Both the position numbers and the translations under genes were made by a program. A DNA stretch of 64,000 nucleotides, from contig NC_068981.1 in NCBI RefSeq assembly GCF_001194135.2, positions 74,121,162-74,185,161 of the forward strand, written 5' to 3'. Under the pieces are notes generated by a model. It was not told the origin of the DNA. It was given only the letters and a program-made list of their open reading frames with translations, and made no database searches. The DNA comes from Octopus bimaculoides. Taxonomy: Eukaryota. Shown here in pieces: positions 38,653-52,728 of this stretch (positions are counted from its first letter, which is position 1; every line of letters starts with the position of its first letter).

Positions 38653-39039
38653 AATTCAGTTACTAATGTACAATTAACAGCTATTGGAGCCTCTAGCTGG
38701 CAACTCAGTTTGTTAGAAATGGCAACAAATTTGTCATATATCACATTCTACTGTCTTAAATATCAGTGGGGAAACCAGGATATTTTGGGGGTGTTGCCCA
38801 AAAGTTTCGAAAAAATACTATATAAGGTAGGAATTGCCATTCGTAACGAATGGAAACATTTCTATGTATTCTAACTGTTGCAGCAGTCCATATGCATATG
38901 ATACAGTAATGCTGTGAAACCGTTGGAAATAGAATAACAATGTTATTATAAAAACCTTGGTCCCGATTTTTTGGTGTCGGCTTGGCTAGAAAGGGTGTTA
39001 CCCGGGCAACTAAGGCAACACCTGTGCATCCGCCACTGA

Positions 39040-39096
<57 letters not shown>

Positions 39097-39262
39097 TGTG
39101 TGCGTGACAAAAACTGAACGAAGCCCGTGGTATATATATATATATATATATATATATGCGTGGCACCTTGGACAAGTGTCTTCTACTATAGCCTCAGGTT
39201 GACCACAGCCTTGTGAGTGGATTTGGTAGATGGAAACCGAAAGATGCCCGTCGCATATGCAT

Positions 39263-39320
<58 letters not shown>

Positions 39321-39984
39321 ATTTGTCTGTGTGTCTGTGTTTGTCCCCCACCATCGCTTGACAACCGATGTTGGTGTGTTTACGTCCCCGTAACTTAGCT
39401 GTTCAGCAAAAGTGACCGATAGAATGAGTACTAGGTTTACAAAGAATAAGTCCTGGGGTTTGTTTGTACAAATATTCAATTCTATTGTTAATGAAATGAT
39501 TGACTATTTAATTACTTTAACACCAGATAACTCGTAAAAAAATATACAAAAGAGGAAAACTCAATGGAGAACAGGTTTTTGCAATCGGCTTGATAAATTG
39601 TGACATTGGAGTTGTTGAGAATATCATCATAAAATATGACTTTTATATATTTTCCCTTGCAACACCAGTCCGTTGCATGATTACTCATTTTTTACAAGCT
39701 GAGTGGATTAGAGCAAAGGGAAATGAAGTGTTTTGCTCAAGAACCAGGCGCATCGCCCGGTCCAGGTATCGAAACCACAATCTTATGATCATGAGTCGAA
39801 AACCTAACCACTAAGCCATGCGCTTCACACAAATACACACACGCGCACACTCAGACTCATTTACACACACATATATTTATATACACATTATATATACAGG
39901 CTCTTTCTAGTTGTGACCATCTAGTCTATTTGAACTGCTGTTCGTGGACTTTTCCCTTCTCTGAACTTTTCCCTTCTCCTCCTT

Positions 39985-40012
39985 CTGACGAAGAGCTATA
40001 CTCGAAACGTTA
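39985..40012 (+). other. Degenerate hammerhead-like core
   Basis: CTGACGA-A-GAG ctata CTC-GAAACGTTA with a palindromic AACGTT. Stem I is only 2 bp. Confidence 0.4.
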
Positions 40013-41721
40013 AAAACCCATTCTTTTTTCCAGCTTTACTGAGTGTCAGACTAATACATATCATATGTACGTCTTCTTGTTGTTTTGTAATTGCTATTTT
40101 TAATGTTCGATTGTTAATGTTCAACTTTTAATGTTTGATTTGACTATATATATATATATATTGGATAATGAAGTCCTAGATGTTCAAATATATGGGATGT
40201 TCCACTAGGGTTAGGGTTAGGGTTAGATTTACTCAATCAAAAACGATACAGAGCTAACCAGCAATTATAATAATATCCCTAAGAAATAAGAAGCCATGTT
40301 AGACATAAGAAAATAGGTTGTCCTGCATTTTAGAAGTTTCACATGTTATAGGAATAAGTTTTATCGTATTGCTAGTGTATATTAAATCGCATTAGATTTA
40401 ATATAAATTTAAATTAAATTGGCATTATATTCCCGTATAAAATGCGTTCTTTAGCTATGCGAGAAATCAATTTTGTTACGACATAAACCTGGATATTCAA
40501 GACCTAAACCTGGGTGTTTCTGTATTACTTTATTAGGAAGTTTAGTTAGCATTGGGATTAAAACATTGATTTGGTAGAAACTGATAAGTTTGTGGTAATC
40601 CATATTAAATATAAAGCGATAAAATGGGTTATTCGTCAAATCTTGATAATACAGTTCTTTTCTCAGGGAGGTATGTGCCTTGCCACTGCATGTCACGATA
40701 TGCATACCATCGGTTGTCTTTCTTAGCCAGAGAACTGACAGTGTATACGAGATTACATTGTAAAGATCGAACTGAATAATCAGTTGAACGACTCAATCTT
40801 TGTTCTCACCGAGATACTGTCGTTTAACTACTGGATATATTTTGATATCGTGGCTAAACTATGTTTCTTAAACAAAGGATTGTAACCTTGTTTATAACAT
40901 TCATCTTGTTTATACTATAAATATACTCCAGTAAAATAATTCGCTCGACTAACGTTAGCATCGCTCTGTAAGTAATGGTAAACCTAACCTGATTGCATTT
41001 ACTTTCCCGTAAAGTAGTGTACGCTACGTATTTTTTTTGTTTTTTTTTTTTTAGCAGCCACAGGAAAGGAATGTAACTGAATAGGTAGCTATAAGACGAG
41101 CCGAAACAAACCGCTTAGTCAACTGTTGCTAAAAAAATGGTATTAAAATATGATTTTAATTTGTATTAATTTGAAATTTGGGATTGTCTTTCCTATCTTT
41201 TTCAGCCAGAATTTATAATGAAGCTGATGATATTTTCTCCTCACGATGGATGATATTTTAATTTATTAAAGTTCCTTGGCTATCAACAATTACGTTAGCA
41301 CCGATCTCAGTATTATACATTTAAAGGTTATTTTCTAATGGTAAAAGTACAAATCAATTGATTAAACTACAGCTCGTTACAGGTATTTCTGAATATCCTT
41401 CGAGAATATAACTATGAGATGAACGCACTAAATAGTCCGATGGATATAAGGTAGAAACGACTTTACTCACATACATTACAACAGTCACTAATGATAATAA
41501 ACGGAAAGTACAAAGTTAAAATTACAGCTTTTACAAACAAAGAGTTATCGAACATTTTCTAGTTGTATCCCCATGAAATATTTTACTTGTCATTCTGTCA
41601 TTTCCTGTTTTGGATCAGTTATTAAGGATCTTTTCTAGCTTTTAACAAACACATGCACCATAGATGCTAGAGATTATATGGTTTTCTTAAACAGCTTTAC
41701 ATGATCTCTATTGCAATGTTC

Positions 41722-41764
<43 letters not shown>

Positions 41765-44700
41765 NNNNNNNNNNNNNNNNNNNNNNNNNNNNNNNNNNNN
41801 NNNNNNNNNNNNNNNNNNNNNNNNNNNNNNNNNNNNNNNNNNNNNNNNNNNNNNNNNNNNNNNNNNNNNNNNNNNNNNNNNNNNNNNNNNNNNNNNNNNN
41901 NNNNNNNNNNNNNNNNNNNNNNNNNNNNNNNNNNNNNNNNNNNNNNNNNNNNNNNNNNNNNNNNNNNNNNNNNNNNNNNNNNNNNNNNNNNNNNNNNNNN
42001 NNNNNNNNNNNNNNNNNNNNNNNNNNNNNNNNNNNNNNNNNNNNNNNNNNNNNNNNNNNNNNNNNNNNNNNNNNNNNNNNNNNNNNNNNNNNNNNNNNNN
42101 NNNNNATATATATATATATATATAGCGCCTTCAACTGAAGAATCCCATAATCTTGCTTTAAACATGACCAGAACGCATGCACTTGTTTTGTTAAGCGTTT
42201 ATAAAAATAATAATATTGTGGAACATGTTTGGATATAGTTATTTACGCTATTTTCGTTTTTGTTTCTTATTTCATTCGTGAAGTTGTTTTGATAAATTAT
42301 TCAACTGCAAAATAAACTTCTTTGGTTACCTTGTCAAAAGCGCCATTCACTTCCTCTATATAACCCGCTCTAAGATTAAAACATCCATTTAAATTATTCT
42401 CTTATCAAACATGGGTTTCTAATCTTAAAAGAACGGCACTTTACGACACACAAGCAATATTAGATATAAAGAATAACGAGTGATATAAAGCAAGGAGTTG
42501 TTCCAAGTTGTGCAAAGTAAACCGCACAACATGCCTTCATTATTCCAAGTTGACCATTTCATTTCTGTTTTACCCGTGAAAAATGAATTAACGACCTATA
42601 TTCATTGTAGAGTGTTCATACATAGCCACAAGAAACCACCGGTATTGCACTTCTTTTAGCACAGAGCTCAAAATGATTTTGAATTGAGCGGAGTTCTTAA
42701 CCGGTTTCAATTTGAAATTGAAAAAGATTGGCTTCACTTTTGGCATCAATATTTAAGAGAAAGTTACAGATCACAAACTTTTTTCTAGCATGTTCCATTA
42801 TAGCTGGTATTGTTGACATAACCCGTGTGAAATATACAAAATACTGAGGTACCCCAAATCAGACAATGAACATGTAGTATTTGTTATTAATTTATTTTAA
42901 TGTTAATTTAATGAGTTCAAGTCCCATCGTAGTCAACTATGCCTTTTATCCTACTGGAGTCAATAAAATAAAATATCAGTCATGTAGAAGGGTCGATATA
43001 ATCGACTCTTCCCTGTCTCCAAATGTCTGACTTTGTGTCTATGAAAGAAATCACTTTCATTTAATTAAATGTTATATTTTTAATTATATTGATTATTTTG
43101 GCTCTTTCTAACAAGTCAACTCGAAGCAGTTTCAGAGAGACATAACCTCATGTCATTCTTTTGTTGACAGCCTTGTGTGAAATTTGTACTTAGTTATAGA
43201 CATTATTGTCGAAGTTTCTCCTTACATTTTCTAGACACATAAATGTGCGTTTAGTTGGTTGGTATTACTTGAACATTCCAGTGTTTTACGAACCTCGTGC
43301 ACCTCAGTATATTCTCTCTTGCGTACACATAAGAGTCAGCATACCCAGTCCTGAAATCCTCGCCAAGTTATATTCAATCTAATTACGCAATAGATTGGTG
43401 GTCTTCTGCTTTATGTTAGTTATCAGTATAAGAAATCGATGCATCGTGCAAAATTTCGGTTATTATTTGACTAGAAATGCATAACAGAGATATTAGGCGA
43501 AGCCGTGTGATAGAAGTATAGCAAAATCATAAAATACAAAATCCAATGCGGCATTTTATACATATATCTACATTATGATAGCGAAATATTCCGCATTTAT
43601 GTCTGACGATGTCATTTGTTGTGACCTATCCCTTCTTACAGTTAGTAATATTGTGCAGGAGACACATAACCCCACCAGCTATAAAAATATAACATTATCA
43701 GTACATTTTTATTATTGTTATTTAAACACTCTGCAAGACGTATTGTGGGCTATGAAGTATACATAAGACTTGTAAACGAAGTGAGTACATCATAAATGAA
43801 ACATTCATAGAACACATGTACTTTGTTATCTTTAGATATTATATAAATAAAGCTTAACATATTTTCTTCTTCATTTATTTTAATTTTCTCAGAACTTGCC
43901 CAAGAAATTGTTATGACAAATTTATTTCTAAGAAGTATTTCTTTCACTTGTCTTATCAAAAGTTATAAGCCATAATAATATTGATTAATGAAATTACTGG
44001 TGAGTTAAAATTCTAAGCATTCAATTTTACGTTCACGTAACAAACTGACTATGTACACGATCTCATTATATACACATCTCAGGACGGTGAGCTGGTTGAA
44101 TTGTTAGTGTGTCGGACAAAATGCTTAGCGATGTTTCTTTCGGTTCTTCACGTTCTGCGCTTAAAGTTGACACTATGGTTATTTTTGCTTTTCATCCTTT
44201 CGGGTCGATAAAAGGAAATACCAATCACGTACGGGGTCAATGTAATCGACTTACGCTCTTCACTGGAAATTGCCGGCTTTGTGCCAATACTTAAGTAATT
44301 AATATATACACATTCTCAATCTAGTAACCAAGAAATATAAAACTTTAGCATTATCAAGACTACGTGGTGAGTAATTGGTTACATAATAGTAATTTTACCA
44401 GAGAGTATACGTTTCGTTCCTATTTAGCGCTCACTATTTATTTTATTCATTTGGGAAGAGATATAGAGTTATATCAGGAATTCCCAACAGTTTTCTGGTG
44501 TTCAGCTCTTTGAGTTTCTTCAAACCAACATCCTCAAACCTAAATCTCAAGCGATTAAAACAGTAAATTCAACTCTCAGAGAAATGGGTTTTTACAAAAG
44601 TTCACAAGGCTCTCTTACTCAGATTACACCCATCTGGAGTGAGGTAGTGAATCTTTTAGAAGTCACTCAGTCGAGTATATTCAGTTAGTCGAGTCCATAG

Positions 44701-45051
44701 CATAGTTTTCATTTTAAAAAAATAGTAAATTCACTCATATTGCGTCAACACTGTTCTCATTAAAAATATGAATGATATAAAATATTATTTCCTTTCTCTT
44801 ATAAATTTGAGACATTTTTGGTAACAATAGAAGGAGCCGACATTTTGAAATATAGTTTCCTGCAACAATTAACTTATAGTTCTAAAAATTGTCAACAACA
44901 CTTGCCATTTCCGTAAAGCTTTAAAAATTGTAGAGACAAAAATTAATTATTTTCTCATTCCCAGTTTTTCTATTAAAAAAGTAATTAATTTCATTTGACC
45001 TAACTTTGGAGAATCCCTCGAACCAGAGTATAATTATTTTCCTTCTCATAT

Positions 45052-45086
<35 letters not shown>

Positions 45087-45509
45087 NNNNNNNNNNNNNN
45101 NNNNNNNNNNNNNNNNNNNNNNNNNNNNNNNNNNNNNNNNNNNNNNNNNNNNNNNNNNNNNNNNNNNNNNNNNNNNNNNNNNNNNNNNNNNNNNNNNNNT
45201 ACCAATAGAGAAAGAATCGGTTTCTACCCTAGATCCAAGGCTCCTTCATTGAAATTCCACCATCAACAACAAGGTATTTTTGTATGCATGTATGTATGTA
45301 TGTATGTATGTATGTATTTATGTATTTATGTATGCATGCATGCATGCATGCATGTATGTATGCATGTATGTTTGTATGTATGTATGTATGTATGTATGCA
45401 TGCATGCATGCATGTATGTATCTATATATACGTGCAGATTTGTATGTTTTATTTTATGTATGTATTCTAATGCATATAGTTGCATATCTGAACATGTTCA
45501 TATATACTT

Positions 45510-46470
45510 AAATGAGAAACCTCTGGAAAGTTTTACAGATTTGTACAGTTCCATTGATGGATTGGATGTGTAGTGTTCGGATTAACTTTCTCCTTTCTGG
45601 TTTTGAGAAGCTCAATTTCTCAAGATTGGTATTTAGGTAGCATGTTACATATCCCAGTTCCCCAATAATTACAGGTATAAATCTGAACTTGTAATCTGGA
45701 TAAGTTCAGCGTAAGTATTCTCTTTTTCCACTGATCTTCAGCTTAATGCTAACATCCGCTCGGTAGATGATTTCCACAACTGTACACAGTTTTTCTTATG
45801 TATCTCAAATCATTATATCAAGTCTATTGTATTTACATTTTATGGAGGTTTTCGCTAACCCATTCTACCAATACTCCTTTTTATTATGAATGTCTAAGGC
45901 TTCTACCATACTGTCAGTTCTTATTTCGTTATCCTCGGAGTTATCCTTTCGACGGATTTCGTTATACAGTGTCCTAGCTAAAACATCATGTCTCATCGGC
46001 AAATAAAACCGTGATTTTTAAACAACTGCTTATGATGTGGGTGATATCTTTGGTGTTAATTCTACAAAGTCTGCATCGGTTGTCACATTGTAGTGCTTTT
46101 CCTACATCTCTGTCCCTTTTGTGCATCAGGTATTTGGTTGATACTTCCTATTCCCGGATTGCAAACGCTTCAAACTGGGAAGTGGTAAACCTGTCGCTGG
46201 TCTATGATAGACTGCCTTGGCGATGTCATTATCATGCCCGAGCCTTCTATTAATATATCCATGCATGGTTTTCTGCTCATATATACTCATCCAATGATGA
46301 TACATTGCGTTAGAGTCGTGCGACTTCTTTGAGCATGTATTTGAGTTATCAGATAGGGAATGCTACTGAAGGAGCTGTCTTGCGAGTCTTATGATGTTAT
46401 CAGCCTCATGTATTCAAACTTAATCAAGGGATGCACTTCAGCAGTTGGTGATTAAAAGATGCTGCCGAAG
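45510..46470 (-). mobile_element. REL-endonuclease LINE (R2 group; R4/Dong/NeSL-like) 3' fragment
   Basis: Minus strand: STKYLMHKRDR...CDNRCRLCRINTKDITHIISSC (CCHC knuckle), MRHDVLARTLY, KYNRLDIMI (HNRPD-like), YPDYKFRFIPVIIGELG...GTVQICKTF. Contains stops and frameshifts. Confidence 0.85.
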
Positions 46471-46649
46471 GAGGGATATGGTATGATATTCAAAGGCATG
46501 TATGTATATATTCACATACATACATACATACATACATACATACATACATACATACATACATACATAAAACTTAGCTCCCTTAAATTATAAACGCAAACGA
46601 CAATGTGTTAAAGTCATTCTTTACTATACCACCTTTTCCTCAGACTATA

Positions 46650-46728
46650 CCTTCTTCTTCTTCTTCTTCTTCTTCTTCTTCTTCTTCTTCTTCTTCTTCT
46701 TCTTCTTCTTCTTCTTCTTCTTCTTCTT
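46650..46728. repeat. Perfect (CTT)n trinucleotide repeat
   Basis: Direct reading. Confidence 0.97.
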
Positions 46729-47059
46729 CCAAATATTTTCTCTCAAACATTTTCTACCTTTTTATTTTACTTTTATTTTATTGCTTCCCTTCAATTACAC
46801 AAAGGACATTGATATGCGGAGAAGGTAGATACACTGGAAATAGTTTAATTTTTAGAAGTTTCTTTTTCGAATATATATCAACACACCGCTTACAAAATTA
46901 AACTTAGATAAATCAAATAAATTAATGGCCACCTTTTTTGTTTTCTTTTATTTCACTTAAAGTCGCTGCTGTTCTTATTGTTGTTTAACTTCAAATCACT
47001 TACGATGGAACACACTTGTGATCAAATAAGTTTTAACTGTGGTGCTTTAATATATCTCT

Positions 47060-47266
47060 TTATCTTTACTCTTTTATTTGTTTCATTCATTTGACTGCGG
47101 CCATGCTGGAGCACCACCTTTAGTCGAGCAAATCGACCCCGGGACTTATTCTTTGTAAGCCTACTACTTATTCTATCGGTATCTTTTGCCGAACCGCTAA
47201 GTGCCGGGGACATAAACACACCAGCATTGGTTGTCAAGCAATGCTAGAGGAACAAACACAGACACA

Positions 47267-47308
<42 letters not shown>

Positions 47309-47377
47309 NNNNNNNNNNNNNNNNNNNNNNNNNNNNNNNNNNNNNNNNNNNNNNNNNNNNNNNNNNNNNNNNNNNNN

Positions 47378-47413
<36 letters not shown>

Positions 47414-47575
47414 GACGGGCTTCTTTCAGTTTCCGTCTACCAAATCCACTCACAAGGCTTTGGTCGGCTCGAGGCTATAGTTGAAGACACTTGCCCAAGG
47501 TGCCACGCAGTGGGACTGAACCCGGAACCATGTGGTTGGTAAGCAAGCTACTTACCACACAGCCACTCCTGCGCC
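47060..47575 (-). mobile_element. SINE family A, full length, internal (CA)n/gap/(TA)n
   Basis: Reverse complement of the 27835-28265 architecture. Confidence 0.9.
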
Positions 47576-48451
47576 TATCTATTCATTTTAACATGCATAT
47601 TCATCTTTGTTTTCCGAAGATTGAGAAAAAAAGATCAGTATTTACGACCACTGTTTTCTTTGGATCAAAACACTAATCGTTGGAGAATAGAAGAAATTTA
47701 CTTTGATTTTTCGTATAAGGGCGGCTATATTATAGAAAATTATTCAGAAATGCTCACAATTTATAGCAAAATTTACTTTCTATCCGTGGGAAACAAATAG
47801 GAAACATCGGGACTAAAATTGTTACTTCCTTTCGCAGTAAAATATCCAGAGCAGGTGATAAAGAAATTTGCTTATTGCCACATCATGTCGGAATAGTTGT
47901 CCTATCTTACATTTGTCAATGATAGCGCACCGGAAATGGTAAAAAAATCCCTTTGTATAAGAATCCGATTACCTCCCTTTACTCAGATCCAACAGCTTAG
48001 AACGTTTAGACACTCGGTTACAGACATAAGTATCAAGTTAACATCATTGATACACTGGATTGTTCAACTTGATAGATTATATTTCTGGCTGTATAGTCTA
48101 ATACTACTCATTTAACGCTTCGTCTCATATCTGTTCGCATGTGTAATTTGTGTGTGAGTGCATGGTGTACCTGCGTGCATGTGTGTTTGTGGTGAGTGTA
48201 TGCATGTTTGTGGTGAGTGTATATATATATATTATACACTCATACACACATGCACACACATATACGAATGTGTGGAATGTACGTGTGTTGCATGTTAAGA
48301 GACAGACGTCAGTTAAAATCTGCTGCTGGCATTACGTTACATTTTCAGGAAGAACATCATTCTACATTTCACCATTTTCCTAACTGGTTGTATAGAAAGT
48401 TATTGCGTGCCAACCACCAAATATCTAACAATCATCTTCTCTGTTCTACAG

Positions 48452-48531
48452 GTAGTTTGCTATGCAAAGCAGTTTATACTTCGAGAATTCAGATTCATTC
48501 TGTCAAAATACTTCAATGGCATAAAGAGAAG
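48452..48531 (+). other. Candidate 80-nt exon
   Basis: CTAAC branch motif at 48425, tract tcttctctgttctacAG, donor AAG|GTACTA. Two frames are open. No recognisable product. Confidence 0.3.
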
Positions 48532-48730
48532 GTACTAGAATCAGCAATTCCTAATCATCTGGAAGGATCACTGCAGAAAGTACAAAACGTTAAGACCAGA
48601 TAATTTGGGGTCCAACCAAGCCATGTTAGAGAAGACCTAATTTAAGCGAGCTAAGTTTCCTGTCTTCTCCCACACATAAAAACACTTGATGGACAAAAGT
48701 GAGGAAGTATGTGTCTATAGCTTTCAACAT

Positions 48731-50536
48731 TAGTCGTGGCGAGAGTACTTGACACCCCTGGGGGATTGGGAGAATGGACTAACCGAACACATGAAGAGTA
48801 GTAGTCGGTAGTAGTCAGAGAGAGCGTCTTGGTAGTCTCGTGAAGTAAGTCGTGTGAACACACTGATTTAACCTACGCTGCATAATTTTATATATACCAA
48901 CCTGTGGCATGATATAAAAGTGGCGACGAGATATTCGAAACTTGCGTAGGGCGTTTAAATTTTTATTTTGGTACGAAACCAAAGGAAAAATTATTTAACA
49001 TGGAAGACTTGTTGACTTGCGTGGTGCAGTTGCATGTTGCAACAATAACAGCAACACCAGCAGTTACAACAACAACAACAGTAATACCAACAGTTACTGG
49101 AAGTAATGTTGAAGAGGTCTGAAAATATTTCAGGTTCATTCTCGTCAGACAGCGTAGCAAATTCAACTGGAGAATTTATTTATAACCCAGAATAAGGTAC
49201 TACTTTTTCTTCATATTTTAGAAGAATGTAAAAATTGAAATCAGGTGAGATTTGTTTCGATGAAACAGTTAATCTATTATCGAGAATTTTCACTGAAAGA
49301 AGTTCCCTGTTCAATACTCGTTGGCAATGTTTAAATTCAATTAAAAAGGATGAAGAAGATTTCGTCACCTATGCTGGGCTATTTAACAGAGATTGTGAAA
49401 AATTCAAATTAAATGAATTAACCCTGGATTTGTTCAAATGTCTAATTTTTGTTGAAGGATTAACAGCAAGAAAAGCTGTTAACCCTTTCCATATAATAAC
49501 AAAATTAGAACAGGACCAAAAATTAACTCTACAGGCAGTGGCTGAAGAATGCCAGGAGATTATAAATTTAAGGTATGACGCAGATAAAATTGAAGAAAAA
49601 GATTGCTCTCAGATACATGCGTGTTGACCTGAAACAGATAAGAAAAACGAATGTCAAGATTAAATCCATGCTATGGTTGCGGTGGTTTACATTTTAAAAG
49701 TAACTGTCTTTTTAAAAATCGTAAATGTTTTGATTGTAGAAAAATCGGATATAAAAGCTCACATTGTATAGCGAAGCAAAGAAAGGTGGTCAGGTCGCTC
49801 TTGGGCGCTACTGTTAACATGCAACCCAGTACAGCTTGTTTCATGCACCAGGACATCGAGAAATTGGTGAAAGCTGGTAAAGGTTGCACATTCAGTAGCC
49901 AAAATACCACCAGTAAAATAGCTATCATGTCTCGTGAAAAGTCGGTAAGAGTTGGTGTGTTAGTTCCACATTGAACTCGCACCGAACCCATAAGTTGCCG
50001 TAATGGTAATTGTTCGAATTACTGTGTGTTGGTCCCGTCGCTAGAATGTGGTAAGGGTTCGATTCCCCTGCTTACAATATATCGGATACAGCTGTGCATT
50101 GTTAACCAACTAGAGATGTCTTCTTGTGGTTAAAAAATCGCACTAAAGTCTGTTCGAGCGAAAAACAAGCCAGCTAACGAGAGTGTTTGGTACAACGAAA
50201 AATAAGTGCTGTGTGCAAAAACGAACAATACTACCTAAGAGTCGGATAACAATTGCGTTACAACATCCGGCAACGAATCGTCAGGATATAAAAGTGACGA
50301 CGTAAAACTAAATAAAAAATAATATCAAATTCCAAGGGGAAAACAATCCCAAATGTTTTGGCGAGAGTCATTGACATCCCTGGGGGAGGACTAGCCGAAC
50401 ACTTATAAAGAGTAGTAGCCGGTAGTAGTCAGAGAGAGCGTTTTGGTAGTTTCGCGAAGTACGTCGTGTGAACACAGTGATTTAACCTCCGCTGCATAAT
50501 TTTATATATACCAACTTGTGGCAGGATATAAAAACA
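48731..50536 (+). mobile_element. Ty3/Gypsy LTR retrotransposon derivative, gag only
   Basis: About 185-bp diverged direct repeats at 48731-48920 and 50354-50536 (the latter TG...CA). PBS-like TGGCGACGAG at 48921. Gag LFNTRWQCLN...FKCLIFVEGL...KLEQDQKLTLQ.VAEECQ (49235-49627) and zinc knuckle CYGCGGLHFKSNC..CFDCRKIGYKSSHC. No pol motifs. TSD not found. Confidence 0.88.
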
Positions 50537-51450
50537 CCAAAAGAAAGTTTGACGGAATCAGACATAATATACTTTGTGACAGAATCCTAGAGAATCTGAG
50601 AGTCTGCCAAGATAGATGCAGAACTATATTAATAGGATTATAGAGTGTCCTGCCAATTGCATTTTCTCCTACATTACAAATTAATGTTACGCAGGTGTGG
50701 CTGTGTGGTGAACGTCTGCTCCCCAGCCACATGTTCCCAGGTTCAGTCCCACTGCTTGGCGCTTTGGATGGGTAAGTGTCTTCTACTATAGCTTCAGACT
50801 AACCAAAGCCTTGTGAGTGGATTTGGTAGATGGAAACTGAAAGAAGTCTGTCTGTCACGCCAAACACTTTATAGAGTGTACGAGGTGCCTTTTTTATGTG
50901 ACTCCAGAACTACTGACGTCACTATGTAAGTTACACGAGTAAAAATCCTTTTAGACTGAAGAGTATAATAGAGAGAGATGTGGCTTTATACTAGGTGTTG
51001 GAAGATTATGTATATATACGGTGTGTCCTCAAAGTTATAGTAAAAACTGTTACCTCCTCAAGTCGTACCGACTCATGGCGTATGGCGTATAAATTCTCCA
51101 CCCGGACAGGACGCTGGCCTGTCGCATGATTACTCATTTTTGCCAGCTGAGTGGACTAGAAAGTAAATGCCTTGCTCAAGAACACAACACGTTGCCCGGT
51201 CCAGGAATCGAAGCCACAATCTTTACGATCATGAGTCCAACACCCTAACCACTAAACCACGTGCCCCCACGTAAAATCGTAGTAGGATCTCAAAATTATT
51301 TATTGATGTAACTTGCAACACTACACATTTCATACACATGTTGAATAAGAGACCAACTAATAGGGTCTACATACAGTTTAGTGCAGTTCGATGCGGCTTC
51401 CACTTGTTTTCTACACACATCTAATCTATACTCCCGTCGGAGTATATCAT

Positions 51451-51491
<41 letters not shown>

Positions 51492-51499
51492 CGCTTCAG

Positions 51500-51845
51500 T
51501 CGTGTTATTTGTTATGGCTAGGGGGAGGGGTTGTCATGTTAGAAGGAGAAAAGCAGTAGCTGTGCTGTGAGAGGTGAAAGGTGGAGAGTATAACGCAAGG
51601 CTGAAGATTATCTAAACAAATATGATAACTGGAAGATTGACCGGTTATGTTTCAGCAACTTGTGAGATAGGCAATCGCGTGAGCAGACTGATAAGTACAG
51701 GGAGACGTGGAAGAAAAGAGGGAAAGGAAGAGATAGCGCGAGTCGTGTAAGAGAGGTGCGTTGGTAAGAGGAAAGAAAAACTCTTGAATGGAGGCATAGC
51801 ATTCGAGATGTCAAGTGATAAATTAGTAAAAATATGGAGATTGGG

Positions 51846-51927
<82 letters not shown>

Positions 51928-52260
51928 GACATCCTTGTATGATATCAAAGAGGTAATACTTTGGAAAATGAAGAGATGGGTTGGAGGAAGAATGTGATTG
52001 AGAAGAAAATAAGATGGGAAATATGCATGCATCCATACATACATACGTACAATACATACATACATATATACATACATACATAACACAGTCTCAAACACAC
52101 ACACACACAGTAATGGAGTATGTGAATAAGTCGGTGAGAACAATGGAAGAGATATTGAAGGGGACTGAACTGAACGAAGTCAAATTGAAATAACAAAAAG
52201 GAGAAATGCCTGAAACAAAATCGTCGGAGTAGTGAGTGATTATAGAAATAATCCCGGCCA
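51500..52260 (-). mobile_element. Old LINE relic (RT YADD-like segment and C-terminal segment)
   Basis: Minus-strand ITHYSDDF at about 52215-52240 and THLSYTTR at about 51740, interrupted by (AGAA)n and (ATAC)n. Confidence 0.4.
51846..51925. repeat. (AGAA)n microsatellite
   Basis: Direct reading. Confidence 0.97.
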
Positions 52261-52333
52261 TCTTTGACGTATACTACAACACGAATATATGTTTCTATGT
52301 GTTTATGCGTGTGTGCATCTTTCTTTCTCTCTC

Positions 52334-52381
<48 letters not shown>

Positions 52382-52728
52382 GAGAGAGAGAGAGACAGAG
52401 AGAGACAGAAACAGAAGGAGGGGAGAGAGGGGGAGAGAGAGAGAGAAAGAGACAGAAACAGAGTATAAAAGGGTAAGTTATGCTGTNNNNNNNNNNNNNN
52501 NNNNNNNNNNNNNNNNNNNNNNNNNNNNNNNNNNNNNNNNNNNNNNNNNNNNNNNNNNNNNNNNNNNNNNNNNNNNNNNNNNNNNNNNNNNNNNNNNNNN
52601 NNNNNNNNNNNNNNNNNNNNNNNNNNNNNNNNNNNNNNNNNNNNNNNNNNNNNNNNNNNNNNNNNNNNNNNNNNNNNNNNNNNNNNNNNNNNNNNNNNNN
52701 NNNNNNNNNNTATATATATATATATATT

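Noticed and set aside
40206-40226. Short (TTAGGG)3 tract as a third copy of the telomeric-repeat element
   Set aside because: The flanks do not match the 240-bp arm.
40451-40705. 84-aa non-repetitive ORF on the minus strand
   Set aside because: No motif or splice support, and the length is expected by chance.
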